In this document: positions 9,712 to 19,278 of the stretch, piece by piece
How the letters are laid out: the number at the start of each line of letters is the position of its first letter
How positions within the stretch are numbered: the stretch's first letter is position 1
Assembly: GCA_038046765.1 (NCBI GenBank)
Contig: JBBSVN010000001.1
Coordinates: 13,293-77,292, forward strand
Reading direction: 5' to 3'
Length of the DNA: 64,000 nucleotides
DNA from: Candidatus Micrarchaeota archaeon
GTDB lineage: Archaea; Micrarchaeota; Micrarchaeia; Anstonellales; Bilamarchaeaceae
Notes under the pieces: model-generated
The model's input: the letters and a program-made list of their open reading frames with translations, nothing else
Databases searched by the model: none
What the model was told of the DNA's origin: nothing
Made by a program: the position numbers and the translations under genes

Positions 9712-11646
9712 TTGGATATGACAAGAAGGCTCACTCCAAGTAGTGGCAATGTAATACCTATAGAAGCAGCTAGAACTAGAGCTTTTGCCGTCAAAACTGA
9801 CCAAGATCACAAATCTTTAGGGATAGTTACTGGAGAAAGGGGAGGTTATGAACTAAAAAAATCTATTTTCAAGAACAATGGCACAACTGAATTATTTTTA
9901 GCAACTGATTTAAAAACTAATAAAGAGGTAATCGTAAAAAGAGTAACTCTTAAGGCAGAAGATTCAACCTTTAAACTTGCCCCAAGGGAATTTGACATTA
10001 TAAACTATCTAGATCATCCAAACGTGGTTAAAGCGATTGATCAGACTATGACATCGAAGGAAAAAGACGGAAACCAGATAACCGAGTATTTCTTAGTAAC
10101 AGAAAAAGTCGAAGGCAAAAATCTAAGGGAACATAGCGCTTTTGGCACTAATTTTTCAGAAGAAGAAAAAATAGAAATTATAACACAGATTTTGCAGGCA
10201 CTAGAATATCTTCATGATAGTGGCGTAATACACAGAGATGTAAAACCAGAAAACATAATGGTTCATAAAACAGAAGATGGAAAAATAAATGTAACTTTGG
10301 TTGATTTTGGCGTTACGCTTACTGCAGTTAGTACTGGTTCAACCGCGCTTCTTCCAATATTTAGTAAGGGTTTTACTGCTCCAGAAGTTTTAGCATGTGC
10401 ATCTGATGTTGATGGCAGAGCGGATATCTATTCTACTTCAGCAGTTTTGTCCTGGATTTTTACCGGTTTAGATGGAACAGATATGCAAACTAAATTAAGG
10501 ACCAAAGAAGAAATTGACTGCATTGATGGTCAACTTTTAAGTATAATCAAAAAGGGATTAAAGGCAGACCCTGAAGAAAGATATCAAACTGCAAAGGAAA
10601 TGAAGGAAGCTTTGGTTAGTGAGATAGAAGAAGGGGCAGATATTGCCGTAGTTGAACCCATTGACAAAGTGAATAAAATTTATCGAGAACTTAAAGCAAG
10701 AAAAATGGAATTAAGAACTAAGTATGCACAATTGGATCGTTCATTTAAGGAAAGCATGAGAAAAACTTTGAAATATGTTATCCCGTCATTTGTAGTTTCT
10801 GTAGCTAGTCTTGGTTATATTTTGACTGAACAACCAAAAGGACTGGCAGCTTTGCTATCTAGTATTGGAGTCTTCTTAGGTTTAACTGTTGCTGGTTTAG
10901 TGTTGCATTTTAAGTCCAAGGCTAACGCGGATAAACTTAAAAATCTGGATGACCTAGAATTACAAATCGGTGATCTTGCATCAGATTTAGAAGAAATTGA
11001 AACAATTCGGGATTTGGATTCTAAGCGTGATCTGTTTTTAGAAGCTAGATCAGAATCTTTGCTTAGGCTTAAGTCTTCAAAAAAAGCATTAAAAGAAGCA
11101 AAAGTCAAAACACAAGACACGGATGTTGTCGACTGGTTCCTTCTTGACCTTACAAGTAAAGAAATCCAAGTCCATAAAAACTTAAACTTAGAACAAACTC
11201 TTGCATTAGAAAGACTAGATTTTGTAATTTTACCAAATAGTGTTATTGATGAGATTTTACAAGATGGTGCGTTAAGAGAAAAATACACAAAGCTAGGTTT
11301 ATTCCCCTGCAGGACTGGAACATGGGTAGAACTTGATGGAGAAAATTGTATAATAAAACAGGATGGAAAAAGTAAGAAAACAAAACTGCATATACAAGAT
11401 GGCTGGTATAAAAAAGATAACCTCGGCATTCCTTCTGGCGAACCTACAAATGAAAATGATCAAGATGCAAGATTTTTGTGGAGAACTAAAAAATATGTTG
11501 GCCCTTTGGTCCGTGGCTTCGACTGGAACGACTTCAACGGGCAGGATGTCGGTGCCCTCAGAAGGCTCGACGGCGGTTACGGGGTGGCGTGCATTTCTCG
11601 AGCCAAATACGAAGAAATTTTGGCTCGATCTATTCAAAATGAATAA
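9712..11646 (+). CDS. Ser/Thr protein kinase, two TM helices, coiled coil, C-terminal variable-looking module
   Basis: Hanks-type motifs VIVKRV (Lys), HRDVKPENIM, DFG and TAPE. Two TM helices lie around aa 355-400. The C-terminal about 130 aa is paralogous to ORF 39954-40829. Confidence 0.85.
   Translation: MDMTRRLTPSSGNVIPIEAARTRAFAVKTDQDHKSLGIVTGERGGYELKKSIFKNNGTTELFLATDLKTNKEVIVKRVTLKAEDSTFKLAPREFDIINYLDHPNVVKAIDQTMTSKEKDGNQITEYFLVTEKVEGKNLREHSAFGTNFSEEEKIEIITQILQALEYLHDSGVIHRDVKPENIMVHKTEDGKINVTLVDFGVTLTAVSTGSTALLPIFSKGFTAPEVLACASDVDGRADIYSTSAVLSWIFTGLDGTDMQTKLRTKEEIDCIDGQLLSIIKKGLKADPEERYQTAKEMKEALVSEIEEGADIAVVEPIDKVNKIYRELKARKMELRTKYAQLDRSFKESMRKTLKYVIPSFVVSVASLGYILTEQPKGLAALLSSIGVFLGLTVAGLVLHFKSKANADKLKNLDDLELQIGDLASDLEEIETIRDLDSKRDLFLEARSESLLRLKSSKKALKEAKVKTQDTDVVDWFLLDLTSKEIQVHKNLNLEQTLALERLDFVILPNSVIDEILQDGALREKYTKLGLFPCRTGTWVELDGENCIIKQDGKSKKTKLHIQDGWYKKDNLGIPSGEPTNENDQDARFLWRTKKYVGPLVRGFDWNDFNGQDVGALRRLDGGYGVACISRAKYEEILARSIQNE
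11500..11592 (+). other. local G+C-rich, A-poor, NNC-codon patch inside the kinase 3' end (DGR VR-like)
   Basis: Hand count over 11500-11604: about 64 percent G+C and 15 A in 105 nt. 17 of 31 codons end in C and 1 ends in A, against AT-rich flanks. Confidence 0.6.
11599..11627 (+). other. 9-bp hairpin immediately 3' of the G+C-rich patch
   Basis: CGAGCCAAA (11599-11607) pairs perfectly with TTTGGCTCG (11619-11627), with an 11-nt loop. Confidence 0.6.
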
Positions 11647-11708
11647 TTAATTTTGAATATCGCGCGAAACTTATGAGAAATTATTCGTAGATAAAATCTA
11701 AAGTTTGT

Positions 11709-12302
11709 TTATCTGCTCTTACTAATCGTATTATTTATTATCAATTCTTCAAGAGTTGAATTTATTTCAAACATTCCTGATAAATACGTTCCGTTAACAA
11801 ACACAAGCGGTACTACACGCTCAGTTACATTGTATTTGACCATAAACTTATCATAAACGTCAAGTTCATTTTGTATAAGTACATTGTACCAGATAAAGTT
11901 TGTAACATTCTCGTATTTTTGTTCTAGTTCGTTAATTTTCGGGTTTATAGAATTGGAAAACGGACAAAGAGGTGAATAAAAGTAATTAACTTCAAGATAC
12001 CCTGTTTTGTTCTTTATTGTTGTGTTTTGATTTTGATTCGTTTCGTTATTTGTTAGATTAACAATGTTTAGACCTGAACTATTCGTTTGGTTTATTCCAA
12101 GCACGTCTATTTTTACAGGAGTACTATCATTTAGTTTGGTTATATTGGATTTCGTTATATTCGTCTTGTTTGTACTCTCTAAACTGGTTTGGCTGTTATT
12201 GCTCGTATTATCATAAAATCCATTTTTGTCGTTTTTTACACTCGTACAACCAGAAATGAGTAGCATTAAAGAAAAAAACGCTAGAATTAAAACTTTTTTC
12301 AT
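11709..12302 (-). CDS. secreted lipobox protein with thioredoxin/glutaredoxin-like C-terminal domain
   Basis: Signal plus lipobox LLISGC, an Asn/Thr-rich linker, then a YFYSPLCPFSNS segment (single Cys in the CxxC position) and a Trx-like beta-alpha pattern. Confidence 0.5.
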   Translation of the reverse strand: MKKVLILAFFSLMLLISGCTSVKNDKNGFYDNTSNNSQTSLESTNKTNITKSNITKLNDSTPVKIDVLGINQTNSSGLNIVNLTNNETNQNQNTTIKNKTGYLEVNYFYSPLCPFSNSINPKINELEQKYENVTNFIWYNVLIQNELDVYDKFMVKYNVTERVVPLVFVNGTYLSGMFEINSTLEELIINNTISKSR

Positions 12303-12356
12303 AGCTATTAGTTAAACCGATTGTGTTTTAATTTTTAGGCTTTAATAATATTTACA

Positions 12357-15300
12357 ATGCGTAAGGCATTTTTCTTATTTCTCTTAATATTTGCGATAGC
12401 TCAGCTTGGTTTTTCCACTCCTTATTCTTTAACATCATTGCCTTGGGACGATTACGAATGGAAAAAAGCAAACCCATATATTTTGTATCCTGGCTCCACC
12501 GAAATCTTTGATGGCAATACTATGCACCAAAGTCTACAGTCGCTTAATCTTTCGAACCCAATTTATGATGGTATAACCGATAGTGCCATAAAAACAAATA
12601 TGTTATCTGCAAGGTCATCCTACCAAAAAACCCTTGAACAAAAGGATCGATGTAATAGTTACATGACTATAAATCTGGTTTCTTATGGCTATTTTTCTCT
12701 TGTTTCAGGTAATCTTCTTATCGATCTTTTTAGTGCATTTAATTCAAAAAATTCAAAAGACATAATCTTTGTTAGTGGCGTTAAAGGATCAGAATATCTA
12801 TCTCTTATTTATCAAAATACTGACTGCATGGCTTATTCAAGCAACTGGAAATCCATAATGACTTCTGCTACAAACAGTGTTTTATTAAGTCAAAGTCTAA
12901 ACAATCAAATTGACAAAAACCTAAATTTGTCACTGCAAAAGCTATATTTTTCAGGAGTGTGTGAAGAATACTACTCTGGAATAGAAAGAGTAGCCTGCGA
13001 TGAGATTGAGCGCAATATACAATCCTATAATAAGTTAAATAAAAATCTTGATATTGATTTGTCGGCATTTAACGATGATATCTCCAAAAACAAACCCGTT
13101 ACTTCCAAATTTGTTCCAATTATGACCTCCTTATGGGATAAGGACGGTGTAATAATCCTTGGTTCAGATATTCTTAATCAGTCTGATTCAACCCTAAATT
13201 CTGCGATATCTGTCCTTAATTTCAAAAAATTAGAACTAGAAAATGAATCCAAAAAAGTCGATTTAGCTATAACTGATGGAGAAAAGCAAAAATTATACCT
13301 TATCACAGAAGGTCTAGATTTTGACGGGGTTATTGGTTCTAATACAGATACGATCGCACAAAAATTTTCTATTTTAAAAAACAAACAAAAAAGAGCTAAG
13401 GATTTACAAAACAATGCCTCAATTCCAATATCTAAAAAATCTTATCTTAAGGATTCTCTAAATAACATCAAAATTGCTAAAGATATCGTTAGTTCAAATA
13501 GCGAAGAATCTATTTTGCTATTGCTGGATGCACAAAACGTAGTTGAAAATAATAAAAAAATTACAGAAAAAGAGTTTGCAGATTTAGAAGAATCCTATCA
13601 AAGTAAAACTCCAAGTGTAGACATTGCAAAGAAATTTTCCGCTATAAGTAAACTTTTAAACCAAACAAAACCGGAAGATCCTTACGGAACACAGTTCACA
13701 GATTATGCTGAAGCACGATCTCAAATAAAGGTATTAAAAGAACAAATCAATGGGTACGATCCTGTTACGCAAAAGCAGGCAGATCTTTTATTTTTAGATG
13801 TTGAAAAGTTAATTAAAAATGCCAAAAGCGATGGGTTAGACACTATTTCCGAGGATTTAAAGTTTAATCTAATTAAGGACTCAAGGTCCAAAACCTTATC
13901 TTTGGAAGTTCTAGGTGATATTCGATCATCTATCCTAAAAAAGGCAGCAAATACATACTCTGATTTACAATCTCAAAGTGATCGGTTACACTTCCTAGTA
14001 GACGGCGTAGCTGATTTATATTACTATCAATCGAAACTTCTGGATGCTGAAAACGGTCTTTTCAAAAATGGCAATTTAATCGTTGATGGAACATCTATCG
14101 GTCGTTTATCTGGTCTCAAAAATACCTACGATCGTCTGGAACTAGATCTATCAAAGTACAAATCAATTACCTTATCCGCTAAACTTGTACCTACAATTAT
14201 TTTCTACACTAATGGCATATTACTTGATGAATCCGTTCCTTACTCTTTGGCAGTGAATATCGATAATCCGTTTGGACTGGATGCAGAAAATGTAAAAGTT
14301 TCAGTTACTATTCCCCAAGGACTTATGTTTACCAAATCGGACATTAAGCAAGGAAGCGAAAATATAATCGATATTACCTTAAACAAAAACCAGCTTGAAC
14401 TTAATCTAAAGAATATATCTAAATATTCCAATTATCAGGTCGTTTTTGATAAATCAGCTATTCTTGCACGTTCACTTTCAACTAAAAAATTCGTTTATGG
14501 TACTGGGGCAGGTGGCGCAATTTTAGATAAAAACACTACAATCATGCTAGATACTGATGGAAGTTTGATCCTAAACTCTTCTTCAACTTATATTGTTGAT
14601 GGCAATGAGTACCTAGGAGAAGTTCTTTCTGCCGGAAGCCACGTATTAACTAGCCAGATCAAGCTGTTTAACGCTTATAATCTGAGTTACGAAAATTATC
14701 AAACAAGCAGGTTAGGGTTAAACCAAGTTGTTTCTTATGACGAGGTTATTAAATCCGATGTCGACCTTGATAAAGTTCCTGTTTTCATTAGTGACAAAAA
14801 TGATCAAAAAATCTCGCGTGTTAATGTACTTGCAATAACTAGTCACAAAACTTTGAATAAAGGTATTTTAAGTAACGGTATATACAAAACCGAAGTTTAT
14901 GAAATTAAAAAACTCACGAATGCGACACTAAAAATAAGCTATATTCTAGAAAATGTCAGTGATTACATAAATGAAAAAATAATCCTCCTAAAAGGAGTCA
15001 CTAATAATAGTCAAATTCTTTCTTTAGTAAATGCTGCACAAAGTGATTTGCAAAATAATGATACTTCAAATGCCGTTATAAATATTCAAAAAGCACAAAA
15101 TGAGCTAGATCGGTTGAACTCTATTTTAGTGCAAAAACAATCAGAATACGATTCTTTAAGAGAAGCTGTTGACGCGCAATATATTCGTGTTAGTGCTGCA
15201 CTTTCAAACCTCGATCAAAAAAGTGAATTCTATTCCTCCTTCCTAAAACGTAAAAATGAACTTTCAAAAACACTTTCAAATTCCGATGAACTTAAACAAA

Positions 15301-16238
15301 ATCAAATTGAAAAAGCAATCTCTACTTTAAAAGAAGTTGATAATTCTTGGGAAAAGACCACTACTAATTTAGCTAGCAAGAAAATTTTCCTAGATTACAA
15401 TTCGATTAAATCCAAAATACTTGCGCATGGCTTTGAAAGTGATCTAATCGAAGAATTCAATTCATTTGAAATCGCGCTCGGAGATTTTGGCAGTTCGAAT
15501 AATTTAGATTCTTTTGTTACTCTAGCAAATTCATTTGCACAGGTTTCTAAAGTTGGATCAAACTACGAATCTAATTACACTAATGGTCTTATAGAAGGCT
15601 CAACTACTATAAACATCCTAAAAAATCAGTTGAAAAATGATTTGAACTTATACATTTTGGAATATAAAAATGCTAAAGGAAGTAGCTATGAAAAATTATT
15701 CCCAGTTGACCCCTCTTCTTTTGACAAAATTATTAAAGATGCGGAGTTAATTATCTCTAAAAAAGGCTCGCTTAAAGAACTTTCTTCGAAGAATAGTGAA
15801 TTACAACTTAGTGCATTAAAAATAAAATCCAGTTTGACTGATCTTAAAAAAATCTCCGAGGATCAGGTCTCTAGTCTTAAAACTCTATTTGCTGCTAAAA
15901 AAGATTCTGTTGATTCTAGCCAAGCCGTAAAAATACAAAAGAATATTGATCGGGCTAGTGCGTTTATTGATACTAAACAGTACGTTGATGCGCTTAAACT
16001 TTCACAAAATACCTTACTTGATCTAACCAAAACTAATCCTAAAGACCAGACCCAGTTGATTATTCTTTCTGCCTTAACAGTAATTGTTCTTGGTGCGATT
16101 GCCTTTTACATCATAAAACAGAAAAAAGGGGAAGATAAAGGCAATAGCAAGGTATTTAGAAAGCTGGAAAAAGTTGAAGAAGTTGCAGATAATAATTCTC
16201 CATCAACTTCTCAAAGCTCTGATGAAAAATATTTATGA
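12357..16238 (+). CDS. giant cell-surface protein (S-layer-like or adhesin-like), C-terminal TM anchor
   Basis: 1293 aa. N-terminal signal peptide, Asn/Ser-rich ectodomain with long coiled regions, C-terminal TM LIILSALTVIVLGAIAFYII followed by a basic tail. Confidence 0.7.
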   Translation: MRKAFFLFLLIFAIAQLGFSTPYSLTSLPWDDYEWKKANPYILYPGSTEIFDGNTMHQSLQSLNLSNPIYDGITDSAIKTNMLSARSSYQKTLEQKDRCNSYMTINLVSYGYFSLVSGNLLIDLFSAFNSKNSKDIIFVSGVKGSEYLSLIYQNTDCMAYSSNWKSIMTSATNSVLLSQSLNNQIDKNLNLSLQKLYFSGVCEEYYSGIERVACDEIERNIQSYNKLNKNLDIDLSAFNDDISKNKPVTSKFVPIMTSLWDKDGVIILGSDILNQSDSTLNSAISVLNFKKLELENESKKVDLAITDGEKQKLYLITEGLDFDGVIGSNTDTIAQKFSILKNKQKRAKDLQNNASIPISKKSYLKDSLNNIKIAKDIVSSNSEESILLLLDAQNVVENNKKITEKEFADLEESYQSKTPSVDIAKKFSAISKLLNQTKPEDPYGTQFTDYAEARSQIKVLKEQINGYDPVTQKQADLLFLDVEKLIKNAKSDGLDTISEDLKFNLIKDSRSKTLSLEVLGDIRSSILKKAANTYSDLQSQSDRLHFLVDGVADLYYYQSKLLDAENGLFKNGNLIVDGTSIGRLSGLKNTYDRLELDLSKYKSITLSAKLVPTIIFYTNGILLDESVPYSLAVNIDNPFGLDAENVKVSVTIPQGLMFTKSDIKQGSENIIDITLNKNQLELNLKNISKYSNYQVVFDKSAILARSLSTKKFVYGTGAGGAILDKNTTIMLDTDGSLILNSSSTYIVDGNEYLGEVLSAGSHVLTSQIKLFNAYNLSYENYQTSRLGLNQVVSYDEVIKSDVDLDKVPVFISDKNDQKISRVNVLAITSHKTLNKGILSNGIYKTEVYEIKKLTNATLKISYILENVSDYINEKIILLKGVTNNSQILSLVNAAQSDLQNNDTSNAVINIQKAQNELDRLNSILVQKQSEYDSLREAVDAQYIRVSAALSNLDQKSEFYSSFLKRKNELSKTLSNSDELKQNQIEKAISTLKEVDNSWEKTTTNLASKKIFLDYNSIKSKILAHGFESDLIEEFNSFEIALGDFGSSNNLDSFVTLANSFAQVSKVGSNYESNYTNGLIEGSTTINILKNQLKNDLNLYILEYKNAKGSSYEKLFPVDPSSFDKIIKDAELIISKKGSLKELSSKNSELQLSALKIKSSLTDLKKISEDQVSSLKTLFAAKKDSVDSSQAVKIQKNIDRASAFIDTKQYVDALKLSQNTLLDLTKTNPKDQTQLIILSALTVIVLGAIAFYIIKQKKGEDKGNSKVFRKLEKVEEVADNNSPSTSQSSDEKYL

Positions 16239-16248
16239 TTTATGCTCT

Positions 16249-17769
16249 TCAAAAAAAATCGGCCATGCTGCTCTGCCCTTTTTTTAATTGGGCAGTTTCG
16301 TTAGCGTTTTTATTTTCCTCTGTTTGTTCTGATTTAATTTCTTTTTTTTTCCTATCAATTTCAAAACTAGTGCGCATTGTACCAACAATACTCTTCATTT
16401 TCTTTTCCTTGTTTATAGCTGACCAATAATAATACTCGTCTCTAGTTCCCTTTGTCATTAAGATATAAATTTCCCCTTTCTTTAATCTTGCTGCCCGACC
16501 TCTTCTTTGAATACTTCTTATTTCGCTAGGTACTGGTTCATAAAATATTACTGCATCGACACTTGGGATATCTAGTCCTTCTTCTCCAATTGATGATGCA
16601 ACTAAAATATTGAAAACTCCCGATCTAAAATCATCTATTGTTTGTTCCTGTATCTTTCTTGTAACTCCATCTTTTTTTCCGACAAACTGTTTAGATACAA
16701 AATTGTTCTTATTAAGTTGGTCTTCTAGTAACTTGATTTGATCTCTATACTGGGCAAAAATTATTATTTTTTTATCTTTAAGTCTTTGCATTAAATTAAG
16801 AAGAAGTCTTAATTTTGGGTGATCCTCTACACTTTGCGTGTTTGCAAGATTAATTACTTCGTTAAATTCTGTTTCGCTTAGTAGTACTTTCGCTGATTTA
16901 CCCTCCTTTTCATTAAGTTTTTTTATGTATTCTCTTAGTGCAAAAAGTCCCTGTGTTTCAACTAATTCAGTCATATGCAAAAGATTTAGTAATATTGTAT
17001 AATGCACTATCGCGCGGTACTTTATGTCATTTGGTATATCCATTATTTTCTGGCGCATCTTTAGGAATTCTCCTTTATTTTTTAGTGGGGGTGGAAAACC
17101 CATTCCGCCTAGCATTCTTGCATGCTTTGACGTAAGATTATCGAGTTGTCTTTTTATCAAAAGTAACGTAGGGGAAAGCTCTGTTGTAAGCCAGGTCATT
17201 TCGCTTTTTTGAACATACTGTTTTACGTCGGGGTCATCAATAGTTCTAATTTCAATGTTTGTTATATTTAGTGCCTTTACGACCTCCTGTATTTTATCTC
17301 TTTTTCCTCCGGGCGAAGCAGTTAAACCTACAATCAAAGATTTTTTCTTTAAGGCGTTAGCAACAAAAGTGTATGCGTAATTCTTAACTGCGCGGTGCGA
17401 TTCATCAAAAACACAAAGTGCAAAATCTGGTTCAAGAACATTATTTTTTATATCATTTGCAATTGTTTGGGGAGTTGCGATTATTATGCTATTTTTATAC
17501 TCTTTTATTCTAGTCTGTACATTTTTTTCCCCTGTAATTAGTGCAATATTGTCTGTTTCCAGTTCTCGTTTTGTTGTTTCAAAATGTTGCTTTGCCAGTG
17601 GTTTAGTTGGAGTTAATAATAAGCATTTCCCGTTTTTCATTTTTTCTTTTATTAGCATTAGGGAGATTAATGTTTTTCCTAATCCAGTTGGCAGTATAAC
17701 TAGTGTATTGCCGTTTTGCATTATCGAATTGTAAATTGCAAGCTGATATGCTCTTGGGATTAGCAGCAT
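16249..17769 (-). CDS. hef: Hef/FANCM/Mph1-family SF2 helicase (COG1111), no ERCC4 nuclease domain
   Basis: Motifs LPTGLGKT, DESH, TASPG and QRRGRAAR, with an inserted domain between the RecA lobes. Lys-rich C-terminal tail. Confidence 0.85.
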   Translation of the reverse strand: MLLIPRAYQLAIYNSIMQNGNTLVILPTGLGKTLISLMLIKEKMKNGKCLLLTPTKPLAKQHFETTKRELETDNIALITGEKNVQTRIKEYKNSIIIATPQTIANDIKNNVLEPDFALCVFDESHRAVKNYAYTFVANALKKKSLIVGLTASPGGKRDKIQEVVKALNITNIEIRTIDDPDVKQYVQKSEMTWLTTELSPTLLLIKRQLDNLTSKHARMLGGMGFPPPLKNKGEFLKMRQKIMDIPNDIKYRAIVHYTILLNLLHMTELVETQGLFALREYIKKLNEKEGKSAKVLLSETEFNEVINLANTQSVEDHPKLRLLLNLMQRLKDKKIIIFAQYRDQIKLLEDQLNKNNFVSKQFVGKKDGVTRKIQEQTIDDFRSGVFNILVASSIGEEGLDIPSVDAVIFYEPVPSEIRSIQRRGRAARLKKGEIYILMTKGTRDEYYYWSAINKEKKMKSIVGTMRTSFEIDRKKKEIKSEQTEENKNANETAQLKKGQSSMADFF

Positions 17770-18062
17770 GGATAATCTGTTGCATTAACAGAATAAAAAA
17801 TAATGCCTTATTCTAAAACAGCTTAATTTTCTTAAATAATTTTATCGTTGCTCGGTTTAATTCAATTTTTAACAAGTCTATTTTACTGCTTTTATTGTCG
17901 ATTCGCCTTGTTTTATTAAAATCACGCTATATGGATGTTTTATAATTTTCTGGCATTTTCGTTTAGATGTCGCCTTTTTAGTAATAAGGCGTACGCAATT
18001 CGAACTACACAAAGCTTTTTAATAAAAATCTGGTATAACATTGCAGAATCAAATCATTTACG

Positions 18063-18332
18063 ATGGTGAACAATATGACGACCAAGTTATCTAGAATGTA
18101 TGGAATGGACTTATTTACCGATAGTGGTAAATTCTTAGGGAACGCACAGGACTTTATTCTTGACGCAGAAAGCGGTGAAGTTTCAAGAGTATTAATTGAA
18201 CAATTGCCAAAAGGAAAGGAAGAAGCAAAAAAAGCACTTCGTGAAAAGAGTATCCTCTACAAAAATGTAAAATCTGTAGAAGATGTTATTGTAGTTACAA
18301 AAGGTCTTGGCGGAGCTCCAGTAATGGAGTAA
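18063..18332 (+). CDS. PRC-barrel domain protein
   Basis: 89 aa. GMDLFTDSGKFLGNAQDFILDAESGEVSRVLIE matches the PRC-barrel pattern. Confidence 0.6.
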   Translation: MVNNMTTKLSRMYGMDLFTDSGKFLGNAQDFILDAESGEVSRVLIEQLPKGKEEAKKALREKSILYKNVKSVEDVIVVTKGLGGAPVME

Positions 18333-18390
18333 ATTTTTTCTATTTTTAATTATTTTTAATTTTTAATTTGTTGATTGGAGGTTAAATTAT

Positions 18391-18576
18391 ATGGCAAAAA
18401 GTTGGGTGCGTGGTCTTGTTTTTATTGTTGCGGTAGCGATTGGTTACTTTGTAACTACTATCTGGGGGCAATTACGGCCTGAAGATGATTCAACTACTGT
18501 TTTAATCGTTGGAGTTGTAGTTACGCTAGCCTCTTTTGTTGCGATGTATTTTATGACTAAAGGGGGCGGAGATTAG
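18391..18576 (+). CDS. small two-TM membrane protein
   Basis: 61 aa with two hydrophobic helices. GGAGGT (18377-18382) lies 8 nt upstream of the ATG. Confidence 0.5.
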   Translation: MAKSWVRGLVFIVAVAIGYFVTTIWGQLRPEDDSTTVLIVGVVVTLASFVAMYFMTKGGGD

Positions 18577-18722
18577 TATAAATTAATCCAATACTCCTCA
18601 ATTTGAAAAAAGCGCAAGTTCTAAATACAAACCTGTCGGAAGCGACATTAATCATTTACTCATGGTCGCTTCAGCAGAACACGATTATAAACAATTTTTC
18701 AATTATCTCTTCTTAACTCCTT

Positions 18723-19226
18723 CTATATTTTCAACTTCTTAAAAATCCGTTCAACTCGTTTCCTAGTCTTCTGATCATTTTTAACTAAAACAATTCCCTT
18801 GTGGGGTTGCCCGTAAACAAGTACATAGTTCTTAGGCATTTGGTTCATGAACGCAAGTGCAGTAATGTCTTCCTCGCCTTCTATTAAAACTCCGCAATGG
18901 TGCTTAAGTAATTCTTTCGCATCATTAATCAATTTCTTAGAAAGCGTCCCCGCCGGGTTCTTGTATTTGACCATCTTACCAAAACTTTTTTTCATTACAT
19001 CTACGTATATTTTGGGTAAGTCTCTTCGCATATATTTTAAGTCAAACACACCCACATATGGTTTTACTCCTAGAGCTAAAAGCGCAAGTGTTGAAATGTC
19101 CCCTACGCTTATTATTTTGTATCTTTTACTAATTATTTTTATTTCCTGTAAATCCGCATATACTTTTCCGAATGGTCTTTTTAGTTCCTTTCTAATGCTT
19201 GAGTTTATTAGAACGTAATCATTCAT
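18723..19226 (-). CDS. DUF359 protein, probable archaeal GTP-dependent dephospho-CoA kinase
   Basis: 167 aa. ISVGD, GEEDITAL and YGQPHKGIVLV segments are typical of the COG1909/DUF359 family. Confidence 0.6.
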   Translation of the reverse strand: MNDYVLINSSIRKELKRPFGKVYADLQEIKIISKRYKIISVGDISTLALLALGVKPYVGVFDLKYMRRDLPKIYVDVMKKSFGKMVKYKNPAGTLSKKLINDAKELLKHHCGVLIEGEEDITALAFMNQMPKNYVLVYGQPHKGIVLVKNDQKTRKRVERIFKKLKI

Positions 19227-19278
19227 ACTATTTACTTTACAAACTTATTTTTTAAACTCGAGCGAGTATGTATTATCT

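Noticed and set aside
17770-18062. Unusually long (293 bp) spacer between hef and the PRC-barrel gene, examined for an RNA gene or small ORF.
   Set aside because: It contains only short hairpins (e.g. CGCCTT/AAGGCG near 17970-17993) and ORFs under 10 codons. Nothing there is supportable.
18639-18672. 8-bp hairpin GAAGCGAC/GTCGCTTC in the 18577-18722 spacer.
   Set aside because: It is probably an ordinary transcript-end structure between convergent genes, with no further features.
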